Shown piece by piece: positions 38,403 to 47,954 of a DNA stretch of 64,000 nt. How positions within the stretch are numbered: position 1 is the first letter of the stretch; the number at the start of each line of letters is the position of its first letter. A program made the position numbers and the translations under genes. Below the pieces are notes generated by a model that ran no database searches, was not told where the DNA came from, and saw only the letters and a list, made by a program, of their open reading frames with translations. The stretch comes from Myxococcales bacterium (GTDB lineage Bacteria > Lernaellota > Lernaellaia > Lernaellales > Lernaellaceae). Where the stretch lies: NCBI GenBank assembly GCA_012517325.1, contig JAAYVF010000074.1, forward strand, positions 13,701 to 77,700. The letters run 5' to 3'.

Positions 38403-40229
38403 ATGACCCGGCGACCGTCGGCCCGATCCGCGCGATTCGCCGCGACGTGGTTGCCACCGTTATTGCTCTTGCTGCTGACCGGCGCCTGCTACCTCAACGC
38501 GCTCGCGGCCGGTTTCGTCTGGGACGACCTCTCGCAGGTACGCGACAATCCGTATCTCCGCTCACTGCGCTGGGTGCCGGAAATTTTCACCCGCGACCTG
38601 TGGATCACGTCGGGCAGCGCCGAATTCTCCGGCTACTACCGGCCGTTGCAAAACCTTTCCTACGCGCTGGATTACGCGCTCTGGGGAAACCGGCCGTTCG
38701 GTTTCCACCTCACGAACCTGTTGTTGCATCTAGCGGTCTGCCTGTTGCTCTATGGGCTGGTCCGCCGGCAGGGTTTCGGTCCGCCGGCCGCCTTCGTTTT
38801 CGCCGCGGTGTTCGCCGTTCACCCGTTGCACGTCGAGGAAGCGACCTTCATCGGCGGGCGCGGCGGTTTGCTGTCCGCCGTTTTTCTCTTCGGCGGCCTG
38901 GCCTGGGTGCAACATGCTCTGCGACAATCCGCGCGGCTGTTCGCGCCGGCGACGGCGGCGTTTCTGTCCGTTTTCCTCGCCTTCCTGGCCAAACCGCTCG
39001 CTTTGTTGTTTCCCGTGGTGTTGGCGGCCGCGCCCTGGGTCGTCACCGCCGCGGAAAGTACGGCGGTCAAAATCCGCCGCTCGGCGGGACTGCTGGTGGC
39101 CGGGGGTTTGGCGGCCGGCGCGGCGTTCAGCATCCCCTACCTTTTTTTGCAAGTGCGTTTCGGCGATGCCGTGCCCGGTTCGTCCCTGTCGGGCGCCCTC
39201 GTCCGGCTGCCGGCGATCGTCACGGCCTACCTGGTGAAAATCTTTTTCCCGATCGGATTGGCGATCGATTATCCGCCGCCCGACTACGGCCAGCCACCGG
39301 CCTGGATCGCCCTGTTCTGGATCGCCCTGATTTTATTGCCGCTCGCGATCGCCGCGTTCGGCCTGGTTCATGGCCGGCGCTGGGCGTTCTGGCTTTTATT
39401 CGCGCCGCTTTTGCTTTGCCCTCTGGCCGGATTATGGAGCGGCTATTTCGTCGTCGCCGACCGCTATGCCTATCTGCCGGTCGCCGCATTGGGGGCGCTT
39501 CTCGCCTGGCCCCTGGAAGCCGCCGGGGAAAATCTCCGGCGGCGGACAGCCGCTTTGTCGCTGGCGATGATCCCGGTTCTGGCCTTCGGCGTCCTGACCA
39601 TCGCCCGCAACAACGTGTTTCTGAACCAGGACACGTTCTGGGCCGCCGCCGAACGCGCCGCGCCGCTACGACCCAAGGTCGTCGAGGGGGTCGCCGCCCG
39701 ACTCGCGCGACAGGGCCGCCTGGCCGAAACCATCGCTTATCTGGAAGCGGTCACGGCGCGGCTTCCCGACAACGCGAATCTTCGCCTCGAACTGGCGATG
39801 TATTTGTTCGACGCCGGCCGGACTGACGAATCGCAGCGGCTGACCGAGGCGGTCGTGCGGGAAAAGCCGCACCTCGCCAAGGCGCTCTGGCACCTCAGCC
39901 AGTTGTCTTTTGCCCGCCGCGATTATCCGACCGCGCTGCGCCTGACCCGCCGGCTCCTAGCTGAAAATCCACGCGACCTGGACGCGCTGGTTAACCTCGC
40001 GGTGTTGCTGAAGTTGGCCGATCAACCGCAACAAGCGCTGGCTGCGCTGGACGACGTGCTGGCCCAAAGCCCACTGCACGGCCTGGCCAATCTTTACAAG
40101 GGCATGATGTTGTTCGAAGCGGGACGACGCCGGGAAGCGATCGTTTTTCTGCGGCAAGGCCTCGCGGCGAACCCCGGTCACGCCAAAGCGCAAGAAATGT
40201 TGCGGGAAGCGGAAACGGGCGGGATTTAG
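38403..40229 (+). CDS. TMTC-like membrane glycosyltransferase (GT-C fold) with C-terminal TPRs
   Basis: FVWDD, YYRPL, FHLTNLLLH, AVHPLHVE, about 10 TM segments, ADRYAYLP and TIARN, followed by TPR helices. Confidence 0.82.
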   Translation: MTRRPSARSARFAATWLPPLLLLLLTGACYLNALAAGFVWDDLSQVRDNPYLRSLRWVPEIFTRDLWITSGSAEFSGYYRPLQNLSYALDYALWGNRPFGFHLTNLLLHLAVCLLLYGLVRRQGFGPPAAFVFAAVFAVHPLHVEEATFIGGRGGLLSAVFLFGGLAWVQHALRQSARLFAPATAAFLSVFLAFLAKPLALLFPVVLAAAPWVVTAAESTAVKIRRSAGLLVAGGLAAGAAFSIPYLFLQVRFGDAVPGSSLSGALVRLPAIVTAYLVKIFFPIGLAIDYPPPDYGQPPAWIALFWIALILLPLAIAAFGLVHGRRWAFWLLFAPLLLCPLAGLWSGYFVVADRYAYLPVAALGALLAWPLEAAGENLRRRTAALSLAMIPVLAFGVLTIARNNVFLNQDTFWAAAERAAPLRPKVVEGVAARLARQGRLAETIAYLEAVTARLPDNANLRLELAMYLFDAGRTDESQRLTEAVVREKPHLAKALWHLSQLSFARRDYPTALRLTRRLLAENPRDLDALVNLAVLLKLADQPQQALAALDDVLAQSPLHGLANLYKGMMLFEAGRRREAIVFLRQGLAANPGHAKAQEMLREAETGGI

Positions 40230-40798
40230 CGTCGACCTTCTTTTTCAGCGAGCCGCTTTTCCAGTTCCTCGATGCGGCCTTCGAGTTCCGTCAGATCGCG
40301 GTTGAGCGAGGCCATCGATTTGAGCAGATCCATCAGTTCCGTCACTCGCTCGTCGATCCGCGAGTAAACCTCTTCCAGGCCTTTCTGACCGCCGGCGAAC
40401 AGGTCCGTCAACATGCGCTTGCCCTCTTCGGGCTCGAGCTTACCGCGTTTGACGAGGCGGTTGACGTACTTGTCCATTTCACGGCGGGCCTGGGAGAAAC
40501 TGTGCAGGCCCGGAATGATGTGGCGATCGACGAAATCGCTGATCGACTCGCCGCTGGTGGCGATGATCCGTTTGAGCGCGGTCAACGGCAGAATGCTCTT
40601 CTGCTTTTTTTCTTCCTCGAAGATGATCTGGGTCAGCGTCAGGCTCGTCAGGTCTTTCTTGGATTTGTTGTCGACCACCTTGACGTCGATCCCGGCCTTG
40701 ATCATTTGGGAGATGTCGTCCAACGTCACGTAGGCCGACGCTTCGGTGTCGTACAATTTGCGGTTTTGATACCGCTTGATGATTCGCGTTTTCGACAT
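40226..40798 (-). CDS. Polyhydroxyalkanoate synthesis regulator-type DNA-binding protein (PHB_acc_N) with phasin-like C-terminus
   Basis: IIKRYQNRKLYDT...YVTL...VKVVDNKSKKDLT...LTQIIFEEE; coiled-coil C-terminus. Confidence 0.85.
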   Translation of the reverse strand: MSKTRIIKRYQNRKLYDTEASAYVTLDDISQMIKAGIDVKVVDNKSKKDLTSLTLTQIIFEEEKKQKSILPLTALKRIIATSGESISDFVDRHIIPGLHSFSQARREMDKYVNRLVKRGKLEPEEGKRMLTDLFAGGQKGLEEVYSRIDERVTELMDLLKSMASLNRDLTELEGRIEELEKRLAEKEGRR

Positions 40799-40824
40799 GA
40801 CCCACCCTTCCTTGAAGCTGCGCT

Positions 40825-40854
40825 ACAGTATTCCCGGACGATTCGGCAAGTCAA
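40825..40854 (-). promoter_or_regulatory. Candidate sigma70 promoter for the PhaR-like gene
   Basis: Minus strand TTGACT-N18-TACTGT, ending 26 nt before the ATG. Confidence 0.4.
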
Positions 40855-40870
40855 GCGACGAGGCCGCTGT

Positions 40871-42094
40871 TCACCGGCCGCCCGCCACTCGGACGCCGTC
40901 CACGCAGGCATAGGGAATCGTCAGCGTCAGACCGTCCGCCGCGGCGGCCAGCCGGTCGAGGCGTTTTTCCAATTCGGCGAAAACTTCCGTGCGGCGTTCG
41001 GCCGACACGATCTCCCGCCAGGTGGGAATGAACGCCAACCGCCAAAAACCGTGCGCGAACAGGGCTTGCGCCCCGGAAAATCGCCAGGTGAACTGGCGTT
41101 CCGCGACGCCGGTGATGTCGAAACCGGCGCGACGCGCCCGGTCCAGCATCCAGGCCAGCGGTTTGCGCTTGGAAAAAATGTGCGCCGGCAGGCGGTCGAG
41201 GCCGGCGGTGTCGCCGGATTCCTTCAAGATCGCTTCCAACGTCCGGTATACCTCGGTCATGCTCTCGGGCAGATTGAACGTGAACACCAACTGCGCGCCC
41301 GGCCGGGCGACCCGCGCGCATTCGGTCAGCGCGCGTTCCGGGTCCGCCACGTTGTTGAAGCCGTTGTTGGAAACCAGTAAATCAACCACGGCGTCGGCAA
41401 GCGGGATCGCCTCGGCGCGACCCTCGAGAAGCCGCACGTTGCCGACCTGCCAGGCGCGCAACTTCCGGCGAATGCGCGGCCAGCCTCCAGTCCACGGGTC
41501 CAGGCCGATCACCCGGCTGCCCGCGCCCAACCGTTGCGCCAACTCGACCAGCGGAAAGCCGGCGCCGCTGCCGATATCAAGCGCGAGGATATCACGGCGC
41601 AGCCGCACGGTTTCCAGCAGCGTCAGGCCGAACGGCGCCGACCAGAGCGGCAGATCGTCGTAGGCCTCCACGTCGAATTTTTCCGGCGGGGTTCCCTCGA
41701 GAACTTGTCCGGGAGCGCCGGCGGATGTTTCGGCCGCCTCGCGGCGCACCAGTTCCGGGCTGAACGCCGGGCAACAGACCGCCACGTATTCGGCGCCACC
41801 CGGTCCCGGCGTGAAATAGCGGATGCGGTTGCCGCGTGGCGCGACGATCGCCTGCCCCGGACCGGCGACGAGAATCCCGACATTCGTTTCGGCGCGGACT
41901 TCGCCGCGTAACACCACCGTGTATTCGTCGAATTCCGGCGTTTGCGCCGGCTCGCTCCAACCGGACGGGCTGACCATCCGCGCGACGCTGACCGCCGGGT
42001 TCTCCGTCGCCAACCGGCCGATGTATTCCTCGATCGTCTTGGGCGGCTCACCCGCGGCTTGCGCCAAGACCGGCGTCACTACTCTTGGTTTCAT
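40871..42094 (-). CDS. Cupin domain fused to class I SAM-dependent methyltransferase
   Basis: N-terminal IEEYIGR...SVARMVSPSGWSEPAQTPEFDEYTVVLRG...PAFSP (cupin); C-terminal LPLWSAPFG, LDIGSGAG, GLDPW and VSNNGFNN (methyltransferase). No stop between the two parts. Confidence 0.85.
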   Translation of the reverse strand: MKPRVVTPVLAQAAGEPPKTIEEYIGRLATENPAVSVARMVSPSGWSEPAQTPEFDEYTVVLRGEVRAETNVGILVAGPGQAIVAPRGNRIRYFTPGPGGAEYVAVCCPAFSPELVRREAAETSAGAPGQVLEGTPPEKFDVEAYDDLPLWSAPFGLTLLETVRLRRDILALDIGSGAGFPLVELAQRLGAGSRVIGLDPWTGGWPRIRRKLRAWQVGNVRLLEGRAEAIPLADAVVDLLVSNNGFNNVADPERALTECARVARPGAQLVFTFNLPESMTEVYRTLEAILKESGDTAGLDRLPAHIFSKRKPLAWMLDRARRAGFDITGVAERQFTWRFSGAQALFAHGFWRLAFIPTWREIVSAERRTEVFAELEKRLDRLAAAADGLTLTIPYACVDGVRVAGGR

Positions 42095-42139
42095 CGAAGG
42101 ATTGGTCCTCCCGCCGCGACATCCTGTCGGAAAAGGCGG

Positions 42140-45058
42140 TCAACAGCCGCAGCTTCCCGACGACGAATCATCGTCGTCATCCGGAGTCGGCTCCGGGCCC
42201 GACCCGGAATCGTCGTCGTCATTGTCGTCGTCGTTGTCGTCACTGTCGTCGTTGTCGTCGTTATCGTCGTTATCATCGTTGTCGTCATCGACACTATCGT
42301 CGTCATCATCGTTATCGTCATCATTATCGTCGTCATCGTCATCGTCATCGTCGCCGGCCGACAGCAGGAAATCCATCGCCGCACCCAAAACCTGTTCGCG
42401 GAACTCCGGCGAAAAAATCGTTTCGAACGGAAAACCCAGGTAGATCACCTTGAAAACGCCCGTATCGGCGACGACCGCCGCGCCCGCCCCGCCGTTGTAG
42501 GTCAGGTCGGTGAAACCGCCGGCGAGCGCTTGCACGACGTCCGGGTAATCGGCGGCGTAAATGGCATACGCGTCGTAGTCGAAATCGAACGACTCGATGC
42601 CGGCAAAAATTCCGCTCGGGTCGACGCGCCCCACGCCGCTCGAATCCGCAACGTACTCGGCGCGCAGATAATCGGCGTAAAAGAGCCGGTCGGCCGCCGA
42701 CCCCATCTGCCAGAGATCCCAGCCGATTTCCGAACCGGAGATGAAGAGCGCGCCGCCATCGTCGAGGTACTCCGCCAGCCGGGCTTGTTCAGCGGCCGAC
42801 AACGAAACATCGGCCGTCGATTCCTCGCCGGCGATCCAAAGCACCGCCGGATAATCGGCCAGCGACACCGCGCCTGCCGCGACCGCCTCGTGGTCGGCCG
42901 AATCGAAATCGAGGCCGGCCGCGGCCAGCGCCTCGGCGTAGGCGATCATGTAATCGAAGGAATTCATCCGCCACAGATAGCCGCGTTCGATCGTGCCGCC
43001 GCCGTAGTAGGCCTCGGGCACGTTCGCGAAACGGTCGAGCCGATCGAAGCCGTTGACCAACAGCACGCGCGGCGCGTCGCCGGTGGAAAAAACCAGGGTC
43101 GGGGTCGGAAAGCTTTCGCCGCCGTCGTTGAACGCCGTCAGCCGGACGAAACGCACCGCGCCGTTCTCCAGGGCGCCGCGTGGCGCGAGCGTCACCAGGG
43201 TGTCCTTGGTCTCGACGGCGTCGCTCTGACCTTTGCCGGTCCGGCTCAGGTAGGCGCGATAACCCGTCGCCGGATCGCCGGCCAGGCCGCCGTAGTCGTA
43301 ATCCGGCGGCTGCCAGGCGGCAACGGCCTCGCCGTCGATCCATTGCACCGTCAAGGCGCGCGGCGGCTCGGGCAGGAAGTGCGGCGTCTCCCCGTCGCGC
43401 GCCGCGAAGTAGCGGACGGCGCCCTGATAAACCGCGCGCGCCACCAACTGGCGAAACGCCGGCTCCTTCAATTGCAACGCGTCGGCGGGCGTGTCGTGAA
43501 ACGCCACCTCGACGATGATTCCCGGCGTCTCGTCGTTGTAATTCGGATTGATCTCGCCGTACCAGTTGGTGTGCTCGCCCAGGTCGATCCATGACGCCGA
43601 CCAGCCGGCGCGGATGTCGGCCACGATTTCATCGTGGATCGCCGCGCGCAATTCCAGACTGCCCGGCACGCCGTCGAACGCGGCGTCCCAACCGCCGGAG
43701 GCGTAGGCGAAGGTACTGGTGCCGCTGCCCGGATCGGGGGCGTTGGTGTGCCAACTGATGTAGATGCCGTCCTCCCAGGCTTCGTTTTCCCACTTCACGT
43801 AACGCGGCATGGTGGTGACGGTATTGGTGACGCATTCCGGGCAGCCCATGAATTCCGCCTGGTACATCCCCGACATTTCCCAGCGCGGCTTGCCGGAATC
43901 CGCCGGCGTGCCGCCGCCGAAACGGACCGCGTCGGCGATGACGACCTTGTTGGTATCGCCGCCCTCGTTGGAGATCGTCACCCGGCGAGCGGCGGGCGGA
44001 TCGTCGCGCAGAAAGTAGAAGCGTCCCAGATCCTTCCAGGTGAAGCCGTCGCGCTGCTGGTTGACGGCCAGGATCGTGTCGCCGTCGGCGTGGTGAACCG
44101 TGACACGGCAATCGACGGCTCGGTTGGCGCCGGCCGTATACCAGAGATACACGTGGTAGAAACCGTCGGCGGGAATCTCGGCCACGAAGTCGGCGGTGGC
44201 GCTTTCGGTCGCGGCGACCTGTACCGCCAGATAATCCTCGCCGTAGTAGCCGGGCGTGCTCGTCGACGACCACCACGAACCCGTGCTGGAAAAGCCGTCG
44301 TCCAGATTGTCGACGACAACCATCGCGGGATTCAGATCGCCTTCGCGCACCGGATAAACACCGGCGCCGGCATTCCACAGGTAGGGCAGCAGATATTGAA
44401 AAACCGCTTCCGCGTTGGAAAAGTCCTCGACGAGGCCGTTGGTGTTTTCACGCTGGGTCACCCACGCGCCGAGATCTTCGTTGTAATACCACCCATGGCC
44501 GGGAGAAAGAAAAACACTTTTCCCGGACAGAAAACCTGTCGGCTGCGGCTGGCCGAAACCCGGAGGCCGCGCGTTTTTATCAGCGGTTTCGTTCGGCTTG
44601 GCGCCGACCGGCGCGGGAGTACGGACCAGGCGGCCGATCGGCTCGTAACCGCGGCGCGGATCGTCGCGCGCCATCACCTTCGCCGGCACGCCCGGCGCGA
44701 CGGACCGCATCGTCGTTCCGAGGGCCGCCATGAAGCGATCCGATACGGCCTCATCGGGCCGCGCGGCGAATCCCGGCGGCATGGTCAGAAAGAGCGTCCA
44801 GCCGGACGCGTCGCGCGCCAGACGATCCATTTTTGTACCGGCGGGAAAAAACGAGCGATAGCCGCGACCGCCTTGCACAAGCAGCCGTAAAAGGCTTTCG
44901 ACGTCGGCGGCGCTTCGCCCGTCGAAGGTCGGCGCCAGACAAACGGGCCGACCGCGATCGGACAAGACGACGCAGGCCGATCCGCCGGCGGACGACACCC
45001 TTGCCGCCGGAACCAGAAAAAGCAGCAATAAAATGGTGAGGAAGATCGACTTTTTCAT
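42140..45058 (-). CDS. Exported multidomain N-acetylmuramoyl-L-alanine amidase with Asp-rich tail ending in CGC
   Basis: ATG 45058; SPase I-type signal; amidase_3 Zn/catalytic motifs SPGHG, EDFSNAE, SWHTNA and IVEVAFHD; golvesin-like insert and FN3-like domain; tail ...DDDDDSSSGSCGC-stop. Confidence 0.85.
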   Translation of the reverse strand: MKKSIFLTILLLLFLVPAARVSSAGGSACVVLSDRGRPVCLAPTFDGRSAADVESLLRLLVQGGRGYRSFFPAGTKMDRLARDASGWTLFLTMPPGFAARPDEAVSDRFMAALGTTMRSVAPGVPAKVMARDDPRRGYEPIGRLVRTPAPVGAKPNETADKNARPPGFGQPQPTGFLSGKSVFLSPGHGWYYNEDLGAWVTQRENTNGLVEDFSNAEAVFQYLLPYLWNAGAGVYPVREGDLNPAMVVVDNLDDGFSSTGSWWSSTSTPGYYGEDYLAVQVAATESATADFVAEIPADGFYHVYLWYTAGANRAVDCRVTVHHADGDTILAVNQQRDGFTWKDLGRFYFLRDDPPAARRVTISNEGGDTNKVVIADAVRFGGGTPADSGKPRWEMSGMYQAEFMGCPECVTNTVTTMPRYVKWENEAWEDGIYISWHTNAPDPGSGTSTFAYASGGWDAAFDGVPGSLELRAAIHDEIVADIRAGWSASWIDLGEHTNWYGEINPNYNDETPGIIVEVAFHDTPADALQLKEPAFRQLVARAVYQGAVRYFAARDGETPHFLPEPPRALTVQWIDGEAVAAWQPPDYDYGGLAGDPATGYRAYLSRTGKGQSDAVETKDTLVTLAPRGALENGAVRFVRLTAFNDGGESFPTPTLVFSTGDAPRVLLVNGFDRLDRFANVPEAYYGGGTIERGYLWRMNSFDYMIAYAEALAAAGLDFDSADHEAVAAGAVSLADYPAVLWIAGEESTADVSLSAAEQARLAEYLDDGGALFISGSEIGWDLWQMGSAADRLFYADYLRAEYVADSSGVGRVDPSGIFAGIESFDFDYDAYAIYAADYPDVVQALAGGFTDLTYNGGAGAAVVADTGVFKVIYLGFPFETIFSPEFREQVLGAAMDFLLSAGDDDDDDDDDNDDDNDDDDDSVDDDNDDNDDNDDNDDSDDNDDDNDDDDSGSGPEPTPDDDDDSSSGSCGC
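42167..42352 (-). repeat. Asp-rich low-complexity coding tract
   Basis: About 60 codons dominated by GAC/GAT/AAC/AAT before the CGC terminus. Confidence 0.9.
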
Positions 45059-45084
45059 CACCGTTCCGAGATTCCAGCCCGAAC

Positions 45085-47496
45085 TCAAGGTTCGCCGGCT
45101 TTGTTCCCGTTGTCCGCCTCCGGGGATGCCGTTTCGTCCAAAACTTTTCGGATCGCCTTCGCCAAGGCGCGCGGCGCGTAGGGTTTGCCGATGAAGTGCA
45201 GACCTTTATCGATCATTCCATGATGGGCGATGATGTCCTCGGTGTACCCCGATGAAAAAAGCACCCTGGTTTCGGGATGGATTTTCGCGAACCGCTCCGC
45301 CAGTTGCCGGCCGTTGATTCCCGGCATCACGACATCGGTGAGCAGCAGGTGGATCGGCGCGGGATACTGTTCGGCGATAACCAGCGCATCACCGCCGCTG
45401 TCGGCGTGCAGCGTTTTGTATCCCAGGCGTTTGAGGACCTTGATCGCCAGCTTCCGGACCAGTTCCTCGTCTTCCACCAGAAAAACCGTCTCGTCGCCGC
45501 CGGGAATTTCCCGCGGCAGGCCGTCGCGTTCGAGTTTTTCCGCTTTCTCCTCGATCCTCGGCAGGTAGATTTTAAAGGTGGTTCCCCGGCCTTCCTCGGA
45601 ATAGACCTCGATGTTTCCGCCCGCCTGTTTCACGGCGCCGTAAATCGTCGCCAAACCCAGGCCCGTGCCCTTGCCTTTTTCCTTGGTGGTGAAAAAGGGT
45701 TCAAAAAGATGCGCCTTGGTTTCTTCGCTCATCCCGAAGCCGGTATCGCTGACCGCGAGCATCACGCATTTTCCCGCCCGGGGATAGGAATGAGCGCGGC
45801 AGTATTCCTCGTCCAATTCGACGCCCGCCGTCTCGATCAGCAGGTTGCCGCCGTCGGGCATGGCATCGCGAGCGTTGATCGCCAGGTTCACCAGGATTTG
45901 CTCGAATTGCCCGGGATCGATCTTGACCGCGTCCAGGCCTTCCCCGAGGATGATTCGCAATTCGATGTCCTCGCCGATCAATCGACCCAACATCTTGTGC
46001 ATCGACGAAATCAGCTCGTTCAGGTCCAGTACCCGCGGCTCGATGAGTTGCTTGCGCGAAAAGGCCAGCAGTTGCCGGGTCAATGCGCCCGCGCTTTCCG
46101 CCGCCTTGCCGATCTCCGCCAGCGTCTCCGCCAACGGATCGTTCGGCTTCAAATCCAACAACGCCAGTTGTACGTTGCCGCTGATGCCGGTCAACAAATT
46201 GTTGAAATCGTGCGCCACGCCGCCCGCCAGACGGCCGACCGCTTCCATTTTCATCGCCTGTTGCAGTTGATCCTGGAGCTTCCGTTGCTCCTGATCGGCC
46301 TTGGCGCGCTCCGAGATGTCGCGGATATTCAGGACGATCCCTTGAACGGCCGGATCGTGCAACAGGTTGCTACCGATCGTTTCGAGGTGAACCCAGTTGC
46401 CGTTTTTATGCCGGTAACGATACTCGGCTTTGCGCACCGCGCCCGGCACTTGCAGGCCTTTGGCAAAAGTGTCGCGGATCATCGGCAAGTCGTCCGGATG
46501 AATGCCGTCAAAGGCCGAAACGCCATTCAGTTCCTCCGGCGAATAACCGAGAAGGCGCGTGATCTGATCGCTGGTATAGATGGGAATGCCGTAGCGGTCC
46601 AAAATCTGGATCACGTCGTTGGAATTCTGCACCAGCAAGCGGAAGCGTTTTTCGCTCTCGCGCAGCGCCTCTTCCACCCGCTTGCGGTCGGTGATGTCCT
46701 CGTGCACCAACGTGACCTCGCGGATTTTTCCGGCTTCGTCCCGGACCGGAAAAGCCCGCGCCTGAACCCAGCGCGTACACCCTTTCCCGAGAATTTTCTC
46801 CGCCGAATACTCTACGGCGGGAAGCACGACGGATTCGCCGGCGAACGCCTGCTTGATGAACGGCAGAATGCCGACCTCCGCGAGTTGGGGATCTTCCAGC
46901 ATGTTGTACTTTTCCAAATCGTCCAGCGTCGCACCCCAGAGCCGTTCCCACTCCTGATTGACCTGGATCGTCTTCCCGGTTTCATCCATGATCTGGATGC
47001 TGAACGGCGACTGTTCGACCAGTCCCTTGAACCGCACCTCGCTTTCCCGCAGGGCCTTTTCCGCCTGTATGCGGTCGGTGATGTCCCGCGCCACGGCAAA
47101 AGTGATGCCCTGCTCCGCCTTCGGATGGGAAGTCCACTCCAGGTGGTGGTAAACGCCGTCGGCGGCCCGATAGCGGTTTTCGAAGTGAACGACGCGCCTC
47201 CCGGCTTTCAGTTCCCGCTCGATGACCTCGATGGTCTTGGCGACATCGTCCGGGTGGATGAATTCCAGGAAAGGCCGGCCGAGCAAGTCGGCTTCCGAAT
47301 AACCCAGCACATCCTGAAAAGCCGGGTTGATCTTGAGGAAGGTGGCCGTGTTGATATCGGCGATGCAAACCAGATCCAGGGACATCTGAAAAATCATTGC
47401 CAAGTCTTGTTCGGCCTGTTCCAATTCGGCGATACGCCGGTGCGCTTCCCGCAATTCCCGCAGGAGTTGCTCTCTTGATTTACTATCGTCGAGCAT
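45085..47496 (-). CDS. Cytoplasmic hybrid histidine kinase (3 PAS/PAC - HisKA - HATPase - REC)
   Basis: Three PAS/PAC repeats ending in DIT/DIS-xRK; H-box [11 protein letters not shown]; [10 protein letters not shown] and GTGLGLAT; REC with [13 protein letters not shown] and GKP. Confidence 0.93.
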   Translation of the reverse strand: MLDDSKSREQLLRELREAHRRIAELEQAEQDLAMIFQMSLDLVCIADINTATFLKINPAFQDVLGYSEADLLGRPFLEFIHPDDVAKTIEVIERELKAGRRVVHFENRYRAADGVYHHLEWTSHPKAEQGITFAVARDITDRIQAEKALRESEVRFKGLVEQSPFSIQIMDETGKTIQVNQEWERLWGATLDDLEKYNMLEDPQLAEVGILPFIKQAFAGESVVLPAVEYSAEKILGKGCTRWVQARAFPVRDEAGKIREVTLVHEDITDRKRVEEALRESEKRFRLLVQNSNDVIQILDRYGIPIYTSDQITRLLGYSPEELNGVSAFDGIHPDDLPMIRDTFAKGLQVPGAVRKAEYRYRHKNGNWVHLETIGSNLLHDPAVQGIVLNIRDISERAKADQEQRKLQDQLQQAMKMEAVGRLAGGVAHDFNNLLTGISGNVQLALLDLKPNDPLAETLAEIGKAAESAGALTRQLLAFSRKQLIEPRVLDLNELISSMHKMLGRLIGEDIELRIILGEGLDAVKIDPGQFEQILVNLAINARDAMPDGGNLLIETAGVELDEEYCRAHSYPRAGKCVMLAVSDTGFGMSEETKAHLFEPFFTTKEKGKGTGLGLATIYGAVKQAGGNIEVYSEEGRGTTFKIYLPRIEEKAEKLERDGLPREIPGGDETVFLVEDEELVRKLAIKVLKRLGYKTLHADSGGDALVIAEQYPAPIHLLLTDVVMPGINGRQLAERFAKIHPETRVLFSSGYTEDIIAHHGMIDKGLHFIGKPYAPRALAKAIRKVLDETASPEADNGNKAGEP

Positions 47497-47665
47497 GATC
47501 CCGCCTCTTGATAAAACTATAGATGAGGCGGACCCTTTTATACAAGTTGAAAACTATTTTGCCGTTTCGTAAAAATATAAAAATAAGCATTACATAAACT
47601 AGTTATGTATATGATTTAATGTCTATTATCAGTTGACGATTGATTGAGTGGATCAAATGGTCCGT

Positions 47666-47863
47666 TTATTCGGATTTCATTTTTTTCCGCAAGGTATTCA
47701 GGCCGAATGGCAGGTATAGCGGGCACCAACGGATGGAGGCGGTAATCAGCGGAATAACGCCGAGCAAACCCCACCAGGTTTTCAAGTAGAGACCCACCCC
47801 CAGGATCGACAGGCCGGCGATTATCCGCAACGCACGGTCCAAGTCGCCGATGTTCTTCGTCAT
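47666..47863 (-). CDS. DUF2892 (YgaP-like) small membrane protein
   Basis: KNIGDLDRALRII, WGLLGVIPLITA and CPLYLPFGLNT. Confidence 0.9.
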   Translation of the reverse strand: MTKNIGDLDRALRIIAGLSILGVGLYLKTWWGLLGVIPLITASIRWCPLYLPFGLNTLRKKMKSE

Positions 47864-47954
47864 GATTTCCTCCGCCCCGGCGACCGGGTCGCCGACCGTT
47901 TCTTTCTTCCGTCAACCTAACGCCGAATCGCAATTTGTCGAGTAGACCCGTCCG

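Noticed and set aside
6422-42352. Asp tracts as CRISPR arrays or microsatellite contingency loci
   Set aside because: There is no fixed repeat-spacer structure and no cas genes. Synonymous codon mixing and in-frame coding argue for protein linkers.
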